Positions 16,489 to 25,459 of a stretch of DNA of 64,000 bases are shown here, piece by piece. The DNA lies in NCBI GenBank assembly GCA_903954065.1, contig CAJBME010000310.1, positions 8,854-72,853 on the forward strand, read 5' to 3'. Both the position numbers and the translations under genes were made by a program. Below the pieces are notes generated by a model, which did no database searches, was not told the origin of the DNA, and saw only the letters and a program-made list of their open reading frames with translations. Source of the stretch: an uncultured bacterium. GTDB taxonomy: Bacteria > Verrucomicrobiota > Verrucomicrobiia > Verrucomicrobiales > V1-33. Positions within the stretch are counted from its first letter, which is position 1. Each line of letters opens with the position of its first letter.

Positions 16489-19400
16489 GTGAAAACTAAA
16501 GTCCCACCACTGACTGAATTGACTCAGTCCCATCGTCCGATGGGCCGTCCCCGGCGCCTTGTCTCCCCCGCTCATCAAATTCGTGTCATCCCGGCAGCCG
16601 CCGCGTTTCTGGCCAGCTTGATGTTGTTCCCGGCTCCCGTGGCCACCGCGGCGCCGTATCAGGACGCCGTCAAGAACCTCAAGCCGACGTTCTATTACCA
16701 GCTGAACGAAGCGACGACCGACAATGGCGTCCTTGACAGCATGGGCAATGCCGCCGCCCCGGGCACTTACAACGGCGATTATGTCAATGGTCCGCCCGCG
16801 GTGGGCGGCGAAGGCCCGTTGGAGGTCTTCGGTGGATTGGCTGTCCCAGGCGTGGGCGGCAGCGAAAACCTCGCCCATTACAGCAATAACGCGGGACACA
16901 TCATCCTGGGAGACGGTCCTAAATACGGCGCCAATGCCATGACCGTCGCGTTTTTCATGAAAGCCGGCCCGTCCCAAGGTGGCGACCGTCTCTTCACCAA
17001 CAACCTGGTCGACCCCACGAAAAGTTTCCAGGTCGACTGCGGTAACAACGGTCTGGTCGTAGCCGTTGACCAGAGCGCTAGAGGGGTCGACGCCGAACGC
17101 ACCTTGTACCTCGAAGACAACAGCGCGCATGACCGCCGATTGATTGACCCGAATGCCGGGTGGTTCCACGTCGTCGCCTCCACCCAAGGGGCTACCGGCC
17201 CGGAACGCGCCGCCAACATTAAAGTGTGGATCAACGGCGTCGATCGGACGGCCAATCTACAACCGGATGCCACCGGCTGGGGCGTGGCCACCAGCTTTGC
17301 CAAAATCGGCGGCCGTGGTGATGATCCGACTGCCCCTCAGACGCACTCCGGTGCGCAGGACGAAATGTCGATCTGGCTGGATCGTGTGCTGACCGGAGAC
17401 GAAGTGCAATCGTTGTGGCAGGCGGCCCGACGGACACCGCTACTGTCGGACAACTTTAATGCGCCGGACACGGGCAATTTCGACGGATCGGATCAAACCG
17501 GTCGTCGCGGCGGGTTGCTGGGCAATGCCGTGCAACTGCGCTCGTCCATGATCCAACACGGCATCACGGGCAACCAGCTCAACATGCTCGTCTCCGGTGA
17601 AGCCCGGGTCCGATTCCATGACTCCGCCAATCTTGGTAACTGGTGGAACTGGGCCGCGGGTGATGGCGCCGCCGCCATTCTCAGTGAAGGGGGCATGCGC
17701 GTAGAATTCGACTGGACGCCGGTTGATAATACATCCGACACCTGGATTTCCTACAACATCGGCTTTCCTGCCGGCGGCGGGGAACCCGGATTCCGCGTCA
17801 ACGACGCAGGCACCGACTTCGGCATCCTCTTCCGTAACAATGGCGCCACTCAGTACTTCGACAATGGCGCCGCCCAAACCGGTGGAGGGTTCCCCGTCGA
17901 GACAGTCGGTACCCGGCACGTCACGCTCGATTACGCTTTCTCTTCATTCAACGATGGCGCCCCCGTTTCGGTGACCGCCGCCGTCGACGGAGTCCCCGTC
18001 CTCACTGACTTCGTCTTCCAGTGGGCCGGCAATGCCGGAACCCTCGCCATGGAACTCGGGAATTCGGCCACCGGCACGCAAATCGACAACCTGTCGATTT
18101 CGACCCTCGGCGTGTTTGAGCCTGATACGGATGTCGACGGTTTGCCTGACTCATGGGAGCAGGAAAAAGCGGGCAACCTTACCGATCTGAATGGATCGTT
18201 GAACGGCCCCGGACCTGGAGCGGACAGCGGTAACTTCGATGGCGACACCCTGACCGACAAACAAGAATACCAAAACGGTCTCAACTTCCCGGCGCTGAAT
18301 CCCAAAGTGGCTGATTCCGACGGCGACGGCCTTGAAGATGGTATCGAAATTGCCGGCAGCGTGCCACGCCCGCCGACAAATCCAACCCTTGCCGACACCG
18401 ATGGTGACGGCATGAGCGATAGCGTCGAGAACAACAGCGGCACTTTCGTCAACGCGGGTAACCCAGGCACCAGCCCGATCACGTCCGATACCGACGGCGA
18501 TTATTACCCAGACGTCTACGAGATTCAAAAAGGGAGCAATCCAAATCAATTGGCATCGCTGCCGACCGCCCTGCCCGAAGGCATGGCCCTCGGGATCGTG
18601 ACGGATGAAGCCAGCACTGGCATCAATCCTACCGAAACATTCACCCACAAAATCAATGGCGGTGGAGCCATCTCGATCAATGGCGTCGATCTCGACGGTT
18701 TGACCGATGCTGAAACTCCCCTCAATTTTAACTGGGAGGCTTCAGGCAGCAAAAACATCATCGCGCCCATCAACAATGGCAACTGGATCCCGTCAGGGGG
18801 CGCTGTCACGGGTGATGGCAATCTCTCGCTCTTCGGTAGCTTCACCTACTCGGGCAGTGGAGCCACCGCGGGCAATACACAAACATTCACTCTCTCCGGC
18901 CTACAAGTCGGTCAGCCGAATGAAGTGCGCTTGTTCATCCGCAAATGGGCCAACGACACCGTGCGTCCAGCTGCCTTGAAAATCACCAATGGCACTACGA
19001 CCGCCGACTTCTTCATCCTCGAAGACCGGCCGGGCACGGTGCTGGGCAACCTCAATGACAATACCGCTTATTTTGTCAATTACCGGTACGTCCCCACCAC
19101 CACCGATCTCGTCTTGCAGGTCGAGGTTCCTAACACCCCGGCCGCCAATGGCAGCTTCCACATGTATGCTCTGACCAACCGCATCGTCCCCCAGCCCGGG
19201 GATAGCGATGCCGATGGTCTGGCTGACGTTTGGGAACAAGAAAAAGCCGGTAATCTGACCGACCTCAACGGCCGCCTCGCCGGCCCTGGACCCGGTGCAG
19301 GCACCGGCAACTTCGATGGCGACAGCCTGAGTGACCTCCAAGAATACAACCTGGGTCAGATCACATACCCGAACCTGAATCCAAAAGCCGCCGATACCGA

Positions 19401-20529
19401 TGGTGACGGCTTGCAGGACGGCGCTGAAGTGAACCCCACCGCGCCTCGCCTCGCCACCAATCCAACTATCGCCGACAGCGATGGCGATGGCCTCAGCGAC
19501 AGTGTCGAAAGCAATTCCGGCGTCCTCGTGAATGCCGGCAATACCGGTTCCAACCCGAACCGGCCCGACACCGACAACGACCAATATCCGGATGCCTATG
19601 AAGTGCAGCTCGGAAGCAATCCTAGCGATGCCAATGCCCTGCCAACAACCTTGCCACAAGGTATCGCACTCGGCATCGTCACCGATGAAGCCAGCACCGG
19701 CATCAGCGCCTCCGAGGTCTTCACGCACAAAATCAACGGCGGCGGCTTCGCCACCGTCAATGGTGTCGATCTCGACGCGCTCACCCCCGACGAAACCCCG
19801 CTTAACTTCGAGTGGGATCCAGGAACCGGCGGGAAAAACGTCGTGATCAACAACAGCGGCACATGGGTGCCGGAAGCTGGTGGCGTCACCGGTGACGGCA
19901 ATCTGAGTCTGTTCAGAAACTTCACGTATTCCGGTGGTGGTCCGACCCCAGGAAGTTCGCAGCGGTTCGTACTCTCCGGCCTCAACGCCGGTCAAAGCTA
20001 CGAAATGCGCGTCTTCGTCCGCAAATGGGACAATGGCACCGTGCGGCCATCCGCCCTGAAATTGACCAACGGAACGGCCGTGACGGATTATCTGATTCTG
20101 GAAGACCGTCCAGGCACCGTGACCGGCAATGGCAATGACGACACCGCGTACTACATCTCGTACACGTACGTCGCCCAAGGCCCAGACCTGATCATGGATG
20201 CCACCGTGCCCGCCGTTTCCTCCGCCAACGGTAGCTTCCACCTCTACGGCCTGACTAACCGCCAAGCCGCTCCGTCGGTGCCAGCCCCAGTCATGCAAAA
20301 CATCGTGCGCGCTGAGAATGGTGCCTCTATCACCCTCACCATCGCCACCCAGCCAGGGCGGACCTACGCGGTCGATTACTCAACCACCCTGACCGCCGCC
20401 GGTCAGCCCGGGGGATGGGTCCAAATCAACGGCGCCGTCGCCTCCCAAGGGACGCAGACGACGTACATCGATACGCAGTTCTCCACCTTGCCAGGTGCGT
20501 TCTACCGCGTGCGCGACGTCACAAAATAA
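16489..20529 (+). CDS. large secreted LamG + TSP3-repeat protein with internally duplicated 359-aa module and shared C-terminal tail
   Basis: GTG at 16489 (alternative ATG at 16540). Signal peptide ...AAAFLASLMLFPAPVATAAP. LamG-type region (GWFHVVAST..IKVWINGV..DEMSIWLDRVLTGDEV). Calcium-binding DxDxDG repeats (DTDGDGMSD, DSDGDGLED). Tail TYAVDYSTTLTAAGQPGGW...AFYRVRDVTK. Confidence 0.9.
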   Translation: MKTKVPPLTELTQSHRPMGRPRRLVSPAHQIRVIPAAAAFLASLMLFPAPVATAAPYQDAVKNLKPTFYYQLNEATTDNGVLDSMGNAAAPGTYNGDYVNGPPAVGGEGPLEVFGGLAVPGVGGSENLAHYSNNAGHIILGDGPKYGANAMTVAFFMKAGPSQGGDRLFTNNLVDPTKSFQVDCGNNGLVVAVDQSARGVDAERTLYLEDNSAHDRRLIDPNAGWFHVVASTQGATGPERAANIKVWINGVDRTANLQPDATGWGVATSFAKIGGRGDDPTAPQTHSGAQDEMSIWLDRVLTGDEVQSLWQAARRTPLLSDNFNAPDTGNFDGSDQTGRRGGLLGNAVQLRSSMIQHGITGNQLNMLVSGEARVRFHDSANLGNWWNWAAGDGAAAILSEGGMRVEFDWTPVDNTSDTWISYNIGFPAGGGEPGFRVNDAGTDFGILFRNNGATQYFDNGAAQTGGGFPVETVGTRHVTLDYAFSSFNDGAPVSVTAAVDGVPVLTDFVFQWAGNAGTLAMELGNSATGTQIDNLSISTLGVFEPDTDVDGLPDSWEQEKAGNLTDLNGSLNGPGPGADSGNFDGDTLTDKQEYQNGLNFPALNPKVADSDGDGLEDGIEIAGSVPRPPTNPTLADTDGDGMSDSVENNSGTFVNAGNPGTSPITSDTDGDYYPDVYEIQKGSNPNQLASLPTALPEGMALGIVTDEASTGINPTETFTHKINGGGAISINGVDLDGLTDAETPLNFNWEASGSKNIIAPINNGNWIPSGGAVTGDGNLSLFGSFTYSGSGATAGNTQTFTLSGLQVGQPNEVRLFIRKWANDTVRPAALKITNGTTTADFFILEDRPGTVLGNLNDNTAYFVNYRYVPTTTDLVLQVEVPNTPAANGSFHMYALTNRIVPQPGDSDADGLADVWEQEKAGNLTDLNGRLAGPGPGAGTGNFDGDSLSDLQEYNLGQITYPNLNPKAADTDGDGLQDGAEVNPTAPRLATNPTIADSDGDGLSDSVESNSGVLVNAGNTGSNPNRPDTDNDQYPDAYEVQLGSNPSDANALPTTLPQGIALGIVTDEASTGISASEVFTHKINGGGFATVNGVDLDALTPDETPLNFEWDPGTGGKNVVINNSGTWVPEAGGVTGDGNLSLFRNFTYSGGGPTPGSSQRFVLSGLNAGQSYEMRVFVRKWDNGTVRPSALKLTNGTAVTDYLILEDRPGTVTGNGNDDTAYYISYTYVAQGPDLIMDATVPAVSSANGSFHLYGLTNRQAAPSVPAPVMQNIVRAENGASITLTIATQPGRTYAVDYSTTLTAAGQPGGWVQINGAVASQGTQTTYIDTQFSTLPGAFYRVRDVTK
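18124..20277 (+). repeat. in-frame tandem duplication, 2 x 1077 bp (18124-19200 and 19201-20277)
   Basis: Unit 1 DTDVDGLPDSWEQEKAGNLTDLNG... aligns with unit 2 DSDADGLADVWEQEKAGNLTDLNG..., continuing to ...NGSFHMYALTNR / ...NGSFHLYGLTNR. The period is exactly 359 codons. I estimate ~60-65% aa identity by eye. Confidence 0.85.
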
Positions 20530-20610
20530 GCGCTAGGCCTCAAATAACCGCCAAGCCTCAGGGCGCGATGGCCAGTCCACCTTTCGCGCCCCCCCTCCAT
20601 TGAAACCCGA

Positions 20611-20644
20611 AATCCCGGAGCCTGCAGGCTCCGGGATTTTTTTG
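20611..20644 (+). terminator. rho-independent terminator
   Basis: aatcccggagcc-tgca-ggctccgggatt: perfect 12-bp stem followed by a T-run, about 80 nt after the stop at 20529. Confidence 0.8.
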
Positions 20645-20810
20645 TCGACTCGTCACGTCTCCGACATTGGCTTGAGGAAGGGTTTTGAACCCTCATTCCG
20701 GTGTGGTTTTTGAGGCGATTTCTGAAGAATCGCGGTCATAGGAGGCCGTGGGACCATGATCTGCTGGCGGATGGTCATGAACCGAGACAAACTGAGGGAT
20801 CTGCGACGCC

Positions 20811-22298
20811 ATGCCTAACGACCCCCGACTTTCCTCTTACGCTTCCATGTTTGCCCGCATTCTCACGGCTCTGGCGCTTTTCGCCTTGGCGGCCAGCCTC
20901 TTTTTGTTTCTTTCCCGCAGCCACCAAGGATACGGGCTGGATGATTTGGTGGGCGGACGTCGTCTGGGCACGCCTGAGAAGTTGACGTTGCCGTCGGCTT
21001 CACCGCTCAGTGAGGGCGAGGTTCCGGGACTGGCGCGGCTCAACAACGAAGTGACGACGTTGATTTCCACGGTCGCTCCCGCCGTAGTCAGCGTGAATAC
21101 CGCCCGGGTCACCCGCCGTCAGGCTATCGATTTTTTTGGCAATGTGCGATTGTTCCAGAGTTATGTCCCCGGACTGGGGTCCGGCGTGATCATCAGCAAG
21201 GAAGGTCACATGGTCACGAATTATCATGTCGTAGAGCAAGCAGATGAGATTCAAGTCGTCATGCATGATGGCACCAAATGCCTAGCCGAAAAAATCGGAG
21301 AAGACCGGAATGCCGACATCGCGCTGCTGCGGATCATCAATCCTCGCATCAAAGAATTTAAAGCCCTGCCGTTTGCCGATTCCGATCAAGTGAAAGTCGG
21401 TGAAACCGTTTTTGCGATTGGTAACCCGTTTGGGCTGCGTGAGTCGGTGACCCAGGGGATCATTAACCACCGGGACCGCCAAATCAGCGACAGTGACGCC
21501 CCGAAATTTCAAACCGACGCGGTGATCAATCCGGGGAATTCCGGCGGTCCGCTCGTCAACATCCGCGGTGAAATCGTCGGCATCAACGTGGCCATTTATG
21601 CCGGGCAGCAGGAAGTGCGCGTCTGGCAGGGGGTCGGGCTGGCTATTCCAGCCAATGATGTCGTGCGCGCGGTCGACCGCATCCGCAACGAAGGCAAGAG
21701 CAAGGCTGGCTATCTGGGGTTACAGGCCGAAATCCAAGTGACGGAAGACGGCACCGAGAACATGGTCCTGACGGACGTGACTCCGGGCTCGCCTGCGGAC
21801 AAAGCGGGCCTGAAACCGGGTGACGTCCTGCTGCGTTTCGGTGGGCAACCGGTGACGCGTGAATTCGACTTATTCACCCGCATCAACCGCCGCCCGATTG
21901 ATCAGGCCGTCGAGATCGTCGTCCGCCGCGACGCCACGGAGATGACGGTCACCGCGGTCGTAGCCGACCGAGAAGCCCTGCTGTCTCAGGAAGAAAAACT
22001 CGCAGAACGAAGGGATTTGCGCGAACAAATCGGCATCGAGGTGCAGAATATCACGGAACGTCAGCGCCGTCATATCCCCCAACAGATCGGCGGCGTGGTC
22101 GTGACCGCCGTCGAGCCAGATTCCCCGTCCGATGGGATTCTCTACCGAGGGTCGATCATTTATGAAGTGAACGGAGTGGCCATCGATTCCGTAGAAAAAT
22201 TCTTTTCGATCATCAGCACGCTGAAAGGGAAAAAATTCCCGCTCAAATACATCCGCGGCGGCTATTCCTATACAGTGAGCATTATGCTGCCCGAATAA
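20811..22298 (+). CDS. HtrA/DegP-family serine protease (S1C) with PDZ domains, N-terminal membrane anchor
   Basis: Catalytic motifs VTNYHVV (His), ADIALLRI (Asp) and GNSGGPLVN (Ser). Two PDZ-like regions (GYLGLQ...GSPADKAGLKPGDVLL; VVVTAVEPDSPSDG). TM segment ILTALALFALAASLFLFL. Confidence 0.9.
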   Translation: MPNDPRLSSYASMFARILTALALFALAASLFLFLSRSHQGYGLDDLVGGRRLGTPEKLTLPSASPLSEGEVPGLARLNNEVTTLISTVAPAVVSVNTARVTRRQAIDFFGNVRLFQSYVPGLGSGVIISKEGHMVTNYHVVEQADEIQVVMHDGTKCLAEKIGEDRNADIALLRIINPRIKEFKALPFADSDQVKVGETVFAIGNPFGLRESVTQGIINHRDRQISDSDAPKFQTDAVINPGNSGGPLVNIRGEIVGINVAIYAGQQEVRVWQGVGLAIPANDVVRAVDRIRNEGKSKAGYLGLQAEIQVTEDGTENMVLTDVTPGSPADKAGLKPGDVLLRFGGQPVTREFDLFTRINRRPIDQAVEIVVRRDATEMTVTAVVADREALLSQEEKLAERRDLREQIGIEVQNITERQRRHIPQQIGGVVVTAVEPDSPSDGILYRGSIIYEVNGVAIDSVEKFFSIISTLKGKKFPLKYIRGGYSYTVSIMLPE

Positions 22299-22335
22299 GT
22301 CCAGCGGCGGTTTTCCCATTTTTTCAGCATTCCTG

Positions 22336-23829
22336 ATGTCCTCGATTCCTCATTCCTCCCCAGCGGCGCGGGCCGGCTGGAGGCTGGAGCATTCCTATTC
22401 GTTGCTGCCAGACATTTTCTACCGTCGAGTGCGGCCGGTGCCGGTGGCCGCACCGAGGCTCGCGGTCGTCAATCAACCACTGGCGACCAGTCTTGGGCTC
22501 GATGCAGAGGCTCTGGCGCATGATTCCAGTGCCGGGATTTTTTCTGGTAACGACCTTCCGGACGGGGCCGACCCGATAGCTCAGGCCTATGCGGGGCATC
22601 AATTTGGCCATTTTACGCCGTTGGGCGACGGGCGGGCGGTATTGCTCGGCGAACATATTTCCCCCGGCGGGGCACGGGTAGATGTCCAGCTCAAAGGATC
22701 AGGAGAGACGCCGTTTTCCCGCAATGGTGACGGCCGGGCCGCCTTGGGACCGATGCTGCGTGAATACATCATCAGCGAAGCCATGCATGCGCTGGGCATT
22801 CCAACCACCCGGAGCCTAGCAGTGGCCTCCACCGGCCAGCCGGTCATGCGCCAACAACCGCTGCCCGGCGCCGTGCTGACCCGCATCGCCGCCAGCCACA
22901 TCCGCACCGGTACATTTGAATGGGCCGCCGCCAGCCAAAATAAGGTCGCCCTGCAAACACTCGCCGACTACACCCGGAAACGCCATGACCCGGAACTCGA
23001 CAGTGCGGCCAACCCCCACCTAGCCTTTCTCGAAGCCGTCATCGAACGCCAGGCGTCGCTCGTCGCCCGCTGGATGCTCGTCGGGTTTGTTCATGGAGTC
23101 ATGAATACCGATAACATGGCGCTCTCCGGCGAAACCATCGACTACGGCCCATGTGCCTTCATGGAAGCGTACGACCCATCGACCGTTTTCAGCTCGATCG
23201 ATCATGGCGGACGCTATGCCTATGGCAATCAGGCCCAGAGTGCCCAGTGGAATCTGGCGCGTCTGGCGGAAGCAATGCTGCCGTTGTTTGACCCTGTGGA
23301 AAAGCGGGCCATTGATTTGGCCACCGCGGCGATCCACTCGTTTTCGGATCGATTTGACCGTCACTGGCTCGCGGGGATGCGGGCCAAACTGGGTTTGTTT
23401 AATGAGGAAGCGGATGATGCGGCACTGATCGACGAGCTACTTGATTTGATGAAGCGCGAGCGAGCGGACCATACCAATACGTTCCGGGCGTTGAGTGCCC
23501 GCGTAACGGATCGCTCTCCCCTGCTCGCCCCCACGGCCTTTGGCTCGTGGGAGGAAAAATGGCAGTCACGCCTGACGCGCCAAGGGCAGTCTCCTGCCGA
23601 GAGTCTGGCCAGGCGGCAGGCGCACAATCCGGTGGTTATTCCGCGGAATCATAAGGTCGAAGAAGCGCTAGCCGCCGCGACGAGTCACGGTGATTACTCG
23701 GTGATGAACAATCTGTTGCAAGTCGTGACCCGCCCGTATGCCAACTCCCTGGACGCCGCTCCTCCTGCGGAATTCACCGAGCCGGCCGCTCCCGGAAGCT
23801 GCGCTTACCGCACATTCTGCGGCACCTGA
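22336..23829 (+). CDS. selO: protein adenylyltransferase SelO (YdiU/UPF0061 family)
   Basis: YAGHQFGHFTPLGDGRAVLLGE, LKGSGETPFSR, GVMNTDNMALSGETIDYGP. C-terminal Cys in ...RTFCGT. 37 bp after the protease gene. Confidence 0.9.
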   Translation: MSSIPHSSPAARAGWRLEHSYSLLPDIFYRRVRPVPVAAPRLAVVNQPLATSLGLDAEALAHDSSAGIFSGNDLPDGADPIAQAYAGHQFGHFTPLGDGRAVLLGEHISPGGARVDVQLKGSGETPFSRNGDGRAALGPMLREYIISEAMHALGIPTTRSLAVASTGQPVMRQQPLPGAVLTRIAASHIRTGTFEWAAASQNKVALQTLADYTRKRHDPELDSAANPHLAFLEAVIERQASLVARWMLVGFVHGVMNTDNMALSGETIDYGPCAFMEAYDPSTVFSSIDHGGRYAYGNQAQSAQWNLARLAEAMLPLFDPVEKRAIDLATAAIHSFSDRFDRHWLAGMRAKLGLFNEEADDAALIDELLDLMKRERADHTNTFRALSARVTDRSPLLAPTAFGSWEEKWQSRLTRQGQSPAESLARRQAHNPVVIPRNHKVEEALAAATSHGDYSVMNNLLQVVTRPYANSLDAAPPAEFTEPAAPGSCAYRTFCGT

Positions 23830-24021
23830 GCCACCACGCGCGGCCCGCAGAGTGGTGTCCCGCCGACGCCGAAGGAGGCGTGCGATTTCCGCGTCGACTC
23901 CTACTACGAGGTGACTCACGGCACCGTCGCGGCGCTTCCCAAGGCCGGCCGAGTGGGGCTATCACCGGGAACTGGTGCATTCACCCGTTGAAATCCAAGC
24001 TGACCGCGCCACAGAGGAGGC

Positions 24022-25146
24022 ATGGATTCCGCAGTGCAAACGATGTTTCTAGCGTTAGAACAAGGGGAGATCGCCGGCGTGGACGGGGCGGTCGCCTTTC
24101 TGCGGGCACGCCCGCATGAAAACCTGCATCGCTTCGACGGACGGCTGACCTGTGAGCAGACGTGGAAACCACTGGCCAACGCGCTGGCCGTGTACGGATT
24201 TGCCAGCTCGCCGGCGGCTCTGGAGGGGGATAATCAATTTGATCTCGTATTGCTGAGGCCTGATCGTCAACGCGATCAAGTGCTTTATGACATGGCCCGA
24301 GGATTCCGACTCCTGCGCCCCGGCGGCACCTTGCTGGTCGCCCTGCCCAACGACTGGGGCGCCGCCCGCCATGAAAAACACCTCCGTGAACTGGTCGGCG
24401 AGGTGCACACCCTCTCGAAACACCACTGCCGTGCCTTCTGGGCCGTCAAATCACCCGCCGCCAACACGGCCATGCTCGACGAGTGGATCAAAGGAGGGCA
24501 ACCTCAACCGCTCGCCGAAGACCCCCGGTTCATCACCCGCCCCGGCGTTTTTAGCTGGGATGAAATCGACCCAGGCTCAAAGGCGCTCGCGGACCATCTG
24601 CCCGCCGGCCTGAGCGGCAGCGTGGCCGATCTCGGCGGCGGTTGGGGATACCTCTCCCAATTCATTCTGGAACACCGCCCGCTCGTCCGCGAGGTCCACC
24701 TCTACGAGGCCGACGCCATCGCTCTCGATCTCGCCCGCCGTAACCTCTCACCCTTCATTCGCCAAGAAGAAGGCGCCCCCGTCGTCACATGTGACTGGGC
24801 CGACGTCACCGAAGGACTCGGCTCCGCAACGTTCGATACCGTGGTCATGAACCCCCCATTCCACCAAGGCCGTCAGGCGGATCCCATGCTCGGTCATAAA
24901 TTCATGGCCGCCGCCATGGCCGCCCTCCGCCCCGGTGGACAACTCTGGATGGTCGCCAATCAGTTTCTTCCCTACGAAAGATTTCTCACCGAGGCCCTCC
25001 CCAATACCCACGTCGTCTGGCAAAGCGGCGGTTACAAAATCCTCCACGGCGCCCGCCCCCAAGCCCCCGAAAAACCCCCACGCGGCTGGGGCGCCACCCC
25101 CCATCGTAAAAAAGGACGTCGCGACACCGAACGCATCCGCCCATAA
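24022..25146 (+). CDS. RsmC/RlmG-like class I SAM-dependent (rRNA guanine-N2) methyltransferase
   Basis: AGGAGG 4 nt upstream of the ATG. PGVFSWDEIDPGSKALADHL, SAM-binding DLGGGWGYLS, and NPPF motif VVMNPPFHQG. N-terminal degenerate MTase-like half, as in RsmC. The basic C-terminal ~25 aa may be a read-through extension. Confidence 0.8.
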   Translation: MDSAVQTMFLALEQGEIAGVDGAVAFLRARPHENLHRFDGRLTCEQTWKPLANALAVYGFASSPAALEGDNQFDLVLLRPDRQRDQVLYDMARGFRLLRPGGTLLVALPNDWGAARHEKHLRELVGEVHTLSKHHCRAFWAVKSPAANTAMLDEWIKGGQPQPLAEDPRFITRPGVFSWDEIDPGSKALADHLPAGLSGSVADLGGGWGYLSQFILEHRPLVREVHLYEADAIALDLARRNLSPFIRQEEGAPVVTCDWADVTEGLGSATFDTVVMNPPFHQGRQADPMLGHKFMAAAMAALRPGGQLWMVANQFLPYERFLTEALPNTHVVWQSGGYKILHGARPQAPEKPPRGWGATPHRKKGRRDTERIRP

Positions 25147-25191
25147 ACCAACTCCCCACCACGCCCACGGCGAGGATTCCTAGGTTTTACA

Positions 25192-25428
25192 CTCTGGGCT
25201 GGTATGCGATGCCCCGACGAGGGCATGGAATCGGAAACGTGGTGGCGGGATTAGCTCCAACGGAGCCGCGCCGACACGTAGTGACACGATGCCCGTTGAG
25301 GCATGGATCCGGTACCGGAAACGACATCATCCCATTTGCCCCAACGGGGCAACGCATACCAGCCCAGGGCATTCGCCCTGGGAACCCCGTCCGAGAGAAT
25401 TGGTGTGTTCTGAAGGAACACCGCATAG
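25192..25428. repeat. multi-hairpin intergenic repeat, copy B (composite with 25-bp inverted arms)
   Basis: ctctgggctggtatgcgatgccccg (25192-25216) is the inverted complement (23/25) of cggggcaacgcataccagcccaggg (25345-25369). Hairpins: atgccc-cgacga-gggcat (25209-25226), atgcc-cgttga-ggcat (~25288-25303), ttgcccc-aac-ggggcaa (25337-25353), cccagggc-attc-gccctggg (25363-25382). Ends with gttctgaaggaacaccgcatag, as in copy A. Confidence 0.75.
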
Positions 25429-25429
25429 A

Positions 25430-25440
25430 GGGGGGGGGGG
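25430..25440. repeat. homopolymeric G11 tract
   Basis: 11 consecutive G immediately after repeat copy B, 20 nt beyond the stop (25460) of the minus-strand gene. Confidence 0.9.
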
Positions 25441-25459
25441 AGGGCCCCGTCGTCGGGAA

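Noticed and set aside
18901-20298. 465-aa antisense ORF inside the LamG/TSP3 gene (also 17931..18482, 18151..18648 and 16441..17187)
   Set aside because: These are shadow ORFs opposite a strongly supported multidomain CDS in high-GC DNA. Their translations are Gly/Val/Asp-rich mirror images of the DxDxDG repeats, with no motifs.
20701-20985. 94-aa ORF overlapping the protease gene start
   Set aside because: It is in a different frame from, and overlaps, the HtrA-type CDS. No motifs. It probably arises from the promoter and 5' region.
25192-25369. Autonomous mobile element (IS or transposon) suggested by 25-bp inverted arms
   Set aside because: There is no transposase or integrase ORF inside or nearby. 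At most it is a non-autonomous MITE/REP-like element, so it is reported as a repeat rather than a mobile element.
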